From assembly GCF_009914755.1 (NCBI RefSeq), contig NC_060940.1: a DNA stretch of 64,000 nucleotides. One strand, 5' to 3'. Source of the DNA: the human T2T-CHM13v2.0 reference genome, Homo sapiens. Made by a program: the position numbers and the translations under genes. Numbering within the stretch: position 1 is the first letter of the stretch; each line of letters starts with the position of its first letter. The notes beneath the pieces were generated by a model. The model worked only from the letters and a program-made list of their open reading frames with translations, was not told the DNA's origin and did not search any database. Of this stretch, positions 49,382 through 64,000 are shown piece after piece.

Positions 49382-50253
49382 GTGAGTAGAGAGGGAGGAA
49401 GGCATGGGCGCCTGGACTGGGGCTCCAGCCTGCAGTGCCCATTGGTGGGCTGTGGGGGACCTCCATACCTTGAGGCTATGAGATAGGGACTGCATTCCAG
49501 AGTTCATCTCAGGATTGTTTCCAGGCCTTGGTGACCTGGAGAACTGAAGTCGTGGGAGGTTAGTTTATAAGCCAGCATCTGATTATTCATAGCCATGCTT
49601 GTTGGGTGGTGAAATACCCTAACTACTTTGTACAGCACACCACGTTTTCAGTAGCAATTTATGTGCTCACCAGTCACTTAGCAAAAGATGACTTCGTGAA
49701 GGTTCGAGCAAGGATAAGGGGACTCATTCATTTAATGACTGTCTCGACTGTTGTGAGGACTGCATCTCAACAGCCAGCATCTGGGGGTCCCGACCTGATA
49801 GTTTGTGTGTGGGCATTGCCGGGTTGCTCGCTCGTGGTAATGACTCTTCCCCGAGGTTCTTTCTGTCCAGGCAGAACAGGCATTTTTCCATTCTGAATAG
49901 GTATATTCTCGTACTTTTGGTTTGAATGTGGATGTGGGTTAATAACGACCCGAATCTATTTGATCTTCCAGGTCACCTTGGGCTCTGTTTGTCAGATCCT
50001 GTTATCCATAGCCTTTAGAGAGGACCTTCTGCTTTTAGCTTATTTTGTTGCTAACTTTTTACAAACAAAGGGCTAATTTTAAAATGTCAGTGTTGTCAGT
50101 GGTCAGAAACCGTGTGTTTGAGCGGGTGTTGAGTGGCAGGTGGCTCTGCTGACCTGGTGGCTGGTGTGTCGGGAGGATTTAACCTGTGTGAGGGATTGGC
50201 CTAGAAACAACCTGTTGAGATAGTCTTGCCCCATAACCTGTCTCACACCGTAG

Positions 50254-50390
50254 TGTACGGCCCCCTCCCGCAAAGCTTTGACAAAGAGTGGGTGGCCAAG
50301 CAGACCAAGAGGATGCTGGACATGAAGGTGAACCCCATCCAGGGCTTAGCCTCCAAGTGGGACTACGAAAAGAACGAGTGGAAGAAGTGA
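50254..50390 (+). CDS. COX4I1: COX4I1 exon 5 CDS to TGA (cytochrome c oxidase subunit 4 isoform 1)
   Basis: Acceptor CCGTAG|TG; (V)[44 protein letters not shown]; total 73+168+132+137=510 nt = 169 aa + stop. Confidence 0.98.
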
Positions 50391-50494
50391 GAGATGCTGG
50401 CCTGCGCCTGCACCTGCGCCTGGCTCTGTCACCGCCATGCAACTCCATGCCTATTTACTGGAAACCTGTTATGCCAAACAGTTGTACCACTGCT

Positions 50495-50500
50495 AATAAA
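50495..50500 (+). terminator. COX4I1 polyadenylation signal
   Basis: AATAAA about 105 nt after the stop, with GT/T-rich sequence downstream. Confidence 0.88.
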
Positions 50501-50736
50501 TGACCAGTTTACCTGAAACCCTTTGTGATCAGTTCTTTAATGATACCTAAATGAAAGCTAATTAAAACAATAGGTTTCTCCCAAGGGTCTGGAGTAAATA
50601 TATTTTGGGTGCAAATGAAATGGCAAAAATCTAGTATCTTAAATTGTATAAGGGGACATTATATAAAAACTGAAAATATAGAATTCCTTGATGTAGGAAA
50701 TTTGAGGTTTTTGGCAAGAGATCTTTATATAAGTAA

Positions 50737-52513
<1,777 letters not shown>

Positions 52514-54570
52514 CCCTGCAGTTTTCATGTTGGCTAGGGTGGGCGGCCACCAGTTCAGGGAGGACAGCCCCACTCTGAGGTCTGACTGAGGTGTGGGTGC
52601 TGGCCCCGTCTCCCTTGGACTGCTTGTGGCCTGCTCAGCTCCCTGGCTACTCACAACTCTTTGATCTAAAAAGTAGTCACAAGGCCAGTGTCAAAGCGGT
52701 GGTCTTACGAGCATCATCCTGGCCCTGGCAAGCTCTCTCCAGGACTCATCCTGTTACCTGTCCCACCCAAGCACCAGTTCCCAAACTGGAGACCCTGTCT
52801 GGAGAAGAGAACAAATCTGCAGCCTGTGTGCTGAGAGTAGCAGAGATGGTTGGCAGAGAGGGGTTTCCTGCCAGCACTGGGGGATAGGAATGAGGCAAGG
52901 GGAGAGAATGGCCCCGGAGAAGCACAGCTGTAGCCAGGAAGGGAAAGGGGACCCTTAGATCTTGCCCAGAGGAAATACATGGGACAAAGACCTTGGCTGG
53001 CTGGAAGGTTTGGGCTCAGTTCAAAATCAAGAGCAGGTCAAATACACCCCAATCGAGCACCTTCCAGTGCTGTAGAAACGCCCTTGATCCCTTGTTCTCG
53101 AAGGACCAGCTGAGCCCCCTGGGAGAGTGGGATGCAGGGGGCTACAGGGCCTTGTGGAGTCTTGCCGTGAGGACTCGTGTGAACCCCTTGGTGGTTTAAC
53201 TACAAAAGCCCACACTGCCCTCTGGGGGATGCCATTTTCAGTTCCTTGCCCGAGGGTGGGCTCCTGGGGGTGGTAGGGGAAGCTGAAGTAGTTGACCCCG
53301 GCCCCACTGGTCCCTGACCCTTTGCCTGGCTCTGGTGGAGCCGCCTGCCCTGGGCCAGGCAGCAGGCCAGGCTCATCATCGCCTGCATCTCCCTCAGGAG
53401 AGGCCGAGAGGAAGGAGCTGTCACCCCAGGATGAAGGCAGAGGTGTCTGTGGAATCGAGCCTGCTGTACAAGCCCTCTACTTTTAGCCTTGAGTGAGTCC
53501 TTGAGAAGTCCGGCTCTTCCTGGCCTTTCCCTCCTACTGCTTAGGAAGCTGTGCTCTTGACCTTGCTAAGAGAACTGCCATTTTTCCATTGGATTCAGAT
53601 TCCAAAACGTGGCTGTCCATCCTGATTTTGTCCTCACGCTTAAAAAAATAAAAATCCCTTTTTACTGCCATTTTAGTGGGAATTTGGGAGGCCGCAGGGG
53701 TTCATGGCTGGATTCAGCCCATGATCCTTCACTGGTCACCCGCATGCCATGGGGACGTGATGCTGACCTGACCCCAGGTGCTTATTTTCCCAGGCTCACA
53801 GGGAGGCAGACCACAAGTAAAACAAATACACAGAGAAGTAGAGGATCCAGCAGGGTGGAGGGAGGGGGCACAGGGAGAAAAGGTTATGGGTGGGGGTTGG
53901 TTGGGCAGATGTCACTGAAGAGGTGACATTTCGGCTGAGACTTGAAGATGAGCCGAGCCACTCACGCTGAAACCTGAGGGGAGGTCGGGCTGGCAGGTGG
54001 ACACAGCACCAAGCCTGCACAGCAGGCATGACGCTGGAGGCAGAACAGGGCTTGGTGTGTTCAAAGGACAGCAAGACGGCCACCAGGCAGAAGCACTGTG
54101 GGAGGAGGCAGGGTGGGGGTGTGGCAGGGGTGCTCAGATGCCAGGGCACATGGACTGCGGCCCACAAGAAGAGGAGGACTGAGCTCTTTCTGAGTGTGTG
54201 TGTGCGGGGTCTCATTTCACCCCTGGACTGCCCCTCCCAGGGTGCTCAGGGAAAATATTGAGGCTCCTTAACGAGGCAGGAGGACTTTGAGCAAGATGAG
54301 CCCTTGGGACAACCCCAACTTAGCTCACTGGGGGCTGGAGAGGGCCCTGTCTCCCCACGCCGGGGCCTCAAGGGAAGATGCCTCAGAGATGAGGCTCCTC
54401 ACCCGTCCAGGGCCTGCATCTCCACGTGGGGCCATCACAGAGACCTCACCCCCCAGCCTAACCTTGAAGCTCCTTGGAATTTAAGATACACTGTGTCCCT
54501 CTTTGTCACTCTTCTTCCTTCTCTGCTCATCTTCCTCCCAGTTGGCAGTTTTCTACTCTCCAGAATTTAA

Positions 54571-55020
<450 letters not shown>

Positions 55021-56298
55021 CTGCTTATAAAAAAATCATTACCTATATAGGGCAGGACAGCAGCAGACACATTAAAAGACATCTTAGAAGCTGGAAGATA
55101 AGGGAGCAGTGGTTTCCTCTAGATTAATAGTACCAGCTAAGCTTTTAACCAAGAGGAGGGAAAAAATGAAGAGTGTCTACCACCACCAAGCCCTTGCTGA
55201 GAAGAGTGCTGAAAGATGTGGCTCAGGAAGAAGAAAACTGCTCAAAGAGGAGTGAGATGCCAGGAGAAATGGTAGGCAAAGGAACTGAAAACCATGAACG
55301 CAAAGCCACTCAAGCACTGGCTGAATACAGCAGTAAAAATAATGGTGGGCAATTTGGTTTAAAAAGCAAAGAGGAGGGGGTTCCGGGAAGATGGTGGCAG
55401 AGTGTTTGAATTTCCCTGAATCCCCATGTAAAGACAGAGTAACTAGATAGCAAAACCATAAACCCAATGGACAATACTAGGTGAGAGAGTCCCACGAACC
55501 CCTCACGATCTGCGGAATACAAATGCGTGGGGACAAGTCACCTGCGCCACAGCCCGACACAGCATCTGCTTTGGTGCAGCAGGACGCGGAGGGAAGCAAA
55601 GGGACGGCGGGTGGACCTGGGACACAGCAGCGGGGCACTCACTGGGAAGCACAGCGACCCTCCTGTGACGCTGAGAGGCCGCCCCGTGCAGAAGCAGGCG
55701 ATTGTGGGGCTTCTCAGTGGGTCCCGAAGGGGCTGGAGCGCTCTCTATACCCACTCTCCCAGGCTACCGTCCCCGGGCAGGGATCCACACTGCAGAGAAA
55801 CTGCCGGCAGTGGAAAGGGACTGACCAGGACAGGCAAAGAAAGTACAGGCAAGATCCAGATTCTCGTGGGGAAAGTGTAGAGAGCCCGAAATCCCAGAGG
55901 CCAGGTCCATGCTTTTGAACCTCAAAAGAAAACAACCCCAGCGGGAGCTCTTGGGAGTAGGAAAGTTTTCCTGAGCCCCGCCTCCTTCCAGAAATGCAGG
56001 AAAATGAGTTTGGGCTGCAGTGAAGAATCTGCGCTGTAACGGATTAAAATCCCGGGGTGGAGAGACAGACAAAGCGGCAGGAGAGCATGGGCAGGGCTCA
56101 GAACGAGAGCAGGGGACACGAGCTGGGGCCGTGGAGAAGGAACCATCGCAGAGGGACGGAGGCATGGCATGGCCCGGGCCACATGGGTTTCTATTCCGCG
56201 TGAACAGGTCTGTGCAGACCCATCCACAAAGGCTGAGGGAGCCCAGAGGCCGAAGAAAGAGGCTGACAAATTCAGTTTCTCAGAAATAATAAACATAA

Positions 56299-56592
56299 TT
56301 TTTTTTTTTAAGATACAGGATCTCCATCTGTCCCCCAGGCTGGAATGCAGTGGTGCAATCATAGCTAACTGCAGCCTCGACCTCCTGGACTCAGGCGATC
56401 CTCCTGCCTCAGGTAGCTGAGTAGCTGGGACTACAGCCATGTGCCACCAGACCCAGCTAATCTAAAATTTTTGTGTGCAGACAACCAATGGCTATGTTGC
56501 TCAGGCTGGTCTTGAGCTCCTCGCTTTAAGCGATCCTCCCACCTGGGCCTCTCAAAGTGTTCAGAGTACAGGTGTGAGCCGCTGCACCTGAC
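56299..56592 (-). mobile_element. Alu (J-like)
   Basis: Diverged reverse Alu. Confidence 0.88.
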
Positions 56593-56879
56593 CAGAAAGA
56601 AATAATAGGAACTTAGGAACAGAAATAGGGACTTACGAACAGATAGTGGCTCCCCATACCTGCCTTCCAGAAAGTCACCTTTATACAGCAGGCGTTTGAG
56701 GTAAAGACATGGGCAGCTGATCACGCCTCAGACTTTCTTGCCAAAGCTCGTTACCACTGGGGAGGTTGGATAAGCATCTTTGGGAGCGGTTATGAATGCC
56801 AAAGGCATTGTTTAAAGACTTTCCTGCAGAACAGCTTGGTGTGCAGGAGTCCAGCATTGGTCATCACGGCAGTTTTGCT

Positions 56880-57365
56880 CCAAGATGGCATCACTCTTGC
56901 CACGCAACAGACTGCCTCCCTACCGCTCCCGCTCGCTCCCCCGGGCTGCCTGCAGGCACTGCTGTTGAGGTACCCTGAGGTGGCAGCTTCATGAGGGAGC
57001 ACCAGGCAGCCACTCAGTGGCAGGTGGGTGACATTAGACCCCCTCCTCCAGCGGAGGGGCAGAGATTTGTCCTCCAAGAATAGGCCCATATTCTGGAAAT
57101 GGAGTTGCCTTCCCTGCAACAGCACCGTGCATGCCTCATTTGCTGTCTGGGCGTCCCACACATCGCTCTAATCAAGAAGCTCACTCACTTCACAGCCAGA
57201 GAGTAAAGGGTTAGGGCTCATGCCTCAGTGGTGAGGACACCACTGGCCTCACCGTTGCCCTCATCGGAAGCAGCCGCCCAGTTGAAATGGTCATCCCAAC
57301 ACTCTGCGACAGGCCAGTGAACGCTAACACTCTGAAGAGCTGGGGCACCATCCCGCCGGATGCAG
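56880..57365 (+). mobile_element. ERV-L internal (pol/integrase) remnant
   Basis: Frame from 57018 gives WQVGDIRPPPPAEGQRFVL, resembling ERV-L integrase WQVDYIGPLP..GQRFVL; CTCACTTCACAGC (HFTA) motif downstream. Confidence 0.7.
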
Positions 57366-57439
57366 GACATTATTTTGTAAAAAATACCAATTTTTAAAAC
57401 TGTGGCAGAATACATAGAAAATAGAATTAGCCATTTTAA

Positions 57440-58537
<1,098 letters not shown>

Positions 58538-58542
58538 AGCCG

Positions 58543-59065
58543 ATTAGAAGCACACAATTCTCAGGCATCATGGACATGCCCCGTTTCCTTGTGTGTAAGC
58601 ATCACCACTTGTTCCAGAACTTTTTCATCTTCCAAACTGAAACTCTGTCCCCACCAAACACTCCCTCCCCATTTCCCCTCCCCAGCCCCTGGCACCCCCC
58701 ATCCTGCTTTCTGTCTCTACGAATTTGACTAGTCTAGGGACCACCAATCAGTGGATTCATACAGTGTGTGGCTTTTTGCGCCTGGCTTATTTCACTCAGC
58801 AAGTTGTCTTCAGGATTCATCCATGTTGTAGCATGTGTCAGAATTTCATTCCTTCTTAAGGCTAAATAATGCTGCATTGAACAGATAGACCACATTTTTG
58901 TACCCCAAAAATATCCCGCATGTTGTTTTTCCACTCGTCTGTCTGTGGAAATCAGGTTGTTTCCACCTTCTGGTTATGGCCAATCATGCTGCTACGAACA
59001 CAGGTGCACAAATATCTGCGGGACTCCCCACTTTCAGTTCTTTGGGGTGTATTCCCAGACGCGAA
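58543..59065 (-). mobile_element. L1M(B) 3' end; its terminal piece lies at about 57370-57441
   Basis: CCAGAACTTTTTCATCTTCC..., GGCTTATTTCACTCAGC...GATTCATCCATGTTGTAGCATGTGTCAGAATTTCATTCCTT. Confidence 0.8.
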
Positions 59066-59317
59066 AGCAGTTATGCAGGTGGCAATGCCTCACCTGTCCC
59101 CTATCATGCAGGCCCGAGGGCCTCCACCCTGTCAAGGTGAGTGTTCTCTTTTTTCACACAGCACTGTGCTTTGCGTGGGAGACCACTAGAGCCTGAACGT
59201 GCAGGTCAGGGAGCCGGTGGCTAGAAGTATGAGTGGCTCCACTCACGATCACCCATAATAACCACTTACGTGATTTATTTATGTTTATTATTTATTTAGT
59301 ATTTTTAAAAAAATTTT

Positions 59318-60945
<1,628 letters not shown>

Positions 60946-61136
60946 ATGTCATCTCTTACTGATATTTTTGTCTGTTCGTTCTATTCCTCACTGATGTTTT
61001 CGTTTGCTTGTTCTATTTCTGAGACAAATTTTTGTCTATTTATCTATTTCCTTGTAATTTTGGTAAATTTTTGCTTTATATACTTAAGACTATATCATTA
61101 GGCATTTACAAATTAAAATTGGTTATAATGTCCTGA

Positions 61137-61545
<409 letters not shown>

Positions 61546-61732
61546 CATATAGCAGTTTTATATGTCATTTTTTTTTTGGAAAAACTTCTGAACTGTTTTC
61601 CAAAGTGTTCTACACCATTTTGTTTCCACCATCAAGCTGATGTGGTTCCCATTTCTTTGAGAAGTCCCGGCATGGGTGGAGAGCAGCCTGCAGCAAGGCC
61701 TAGGATGCTGAGGAGTGTCCTCATGACCTTGA

Positions 61733-62709
<977 letters not shown>

Positions 62710-62823
62710 GATGCCTCTTAAAGGGTTTCCAACTTGCAGGCGTCTCAAACTGCAGCAATGGGAGACACGGGGACCTGCATCTTGGAGTTAGACTCGCGTT
62801 TCTGTGGGCTACATTCTGAGGTC

Positions 62824-62842
62824 TGGACAGCAGAGGGCGCTC
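62824..62842 (+). promoter_or_regulatory. Candidate CTCF site
   Basis: TGGACAGCAGAGGGCGCTC is close to the consensus TGGCCASYAGRKGGCRCTV. Confidence 0.55.
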
Positions 62843-62974
62843 TGAGACATAACCCGTCCTGTTTGTAGAGCGGGGACGTCCAGAAACAGGTCCCAGGGCT
62901 CAGTGAGCTTCTTTCTCCTTGGAGCTTCCTCCAGCCCAGAGGGCAAAGGAAGGACACACCCTCCTTTTCACGCA

Positions 62975-63320
<346 letters not shown>

Positions 63321-63759
63321 CGCATCTCTTCTTGCAGTGGCACTTTGCCCACAGGCAGGGGACTTGCAGGATGGCTCTGGCCAAACCCATTACTCACCAG
63401 GCAGCTGCTGTGATTCCCTCTCCTCTAGCTGCCGGGCTCTGCCTCCTACAGGGTCCTTGCCAGCAGGAACGTCTTGCAGCAGGTCACAGCTCTGCAAGGC
63501 TGGAAACATAATTTCACCACCAAGAATTCTTTGCACAGACTCTGACTTGGCACAGCCCCTGAAAGCAAGCACACTTTTTATAAGGGTCTGCGGCAGGCTT
63601 ACAATGCTGGAAAAATGTGCCTTTTCCCAGTTTCAGTTGCATGTAGCGTCTGGCATTGCTCTGCCCTAACTCACAGTGCACGAGGACTTTATTCTTGAAG
63701 TAGCCTGGCACAGGGGTAAGTGCAGGGTCACTGACTTGACAGACCTGGATGCGAGCCCT

Positions 63760-63930
63760 GGCCCACTGCCTCGCATGCATTATTTCCTCACTATAGCCCA
63801 TGGGGTTTTTAATCCCCATTTTACAAGTTAAGGATCAGAAGCACAGAGAGGTTAAGTGACTTTCACAAGGTTAGACAGCCAATAAAGCTGGAGCTGGGAT
63901 TTGAATTTGCATCAGCCTACCCCAGAATTC
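63760..63930 (+). mobile_element. MIR SINE
   Basis: CCCCATTTTACAAG...GCACAGAGAGGTTAAGTGACTT...GAGCTGGGATTTGAA. Confidence 0.75.
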
Positions 63931-64000
63931 AGTCAGTCCAATCTGGTGGAGTACCTTGTGAGCACCTAGCACATGGTAAGTGTTTACTGAATCAACGAAC

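Noticed and set aside
50248-50255. Last-exon acceptors of both genes read CCGTAG|TG
   Set aside because: Only a few bases beyond the YAG consensus are shared; most likely coincidence
55380-56290. CpG-containing GC-rich stretch with several 110-170 aa ORFs
   Set aside because: Starts with GGGAAGATGGTGGC and resembles a decayed old L1 5' region; no domain or splice evidence, and family assignment too uncertain to list

Overview
Primate, almost certainly human, genomic DNA from the EMC8 (COX4NB/NOC4)-COX4I1 locus (chr16q24 by my recollection). Two housekeeping genes sit head-to-head on a shared CpG-island promoter near 42.2-43.8 kb. EMC8 (minus strand) has 5 coding exons that I joined by hand into an intact 633-nt CDS (210 aa). 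COX4I1 (plus strand) has a non-coding exon 1 plus 4 coding exons giving a 510-nt CDS (169 aa). The rest is repeat-dense: about 50 Alus, L1/L2/MIR, LTR and DNA-transposon remnants, a full-length SVA with TSDs just downstream of COX4I1, and a 5'-inverted L1PA. There are three retrocopies: a U1 snRNA pseudogene lacking its Sm site in EMC8 intron 2, an Alu-interrupted ISCA1 processed pseudogene, and an RPL10A processed pseudogene. I found no evidence for a new multi-gene system, CRISPR array or novel protein-coding gene. The most interesting observations are structural: a probable L1 3' transduction, a four-layer nested insertion, an exact 25-nt repeat flanking COX4I1 exon 4, a junction-created stop codon in EMC8, and an AT-rich palindrome. 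Repeat family names and boundaries come from remembered consensus sequences and are approximate.
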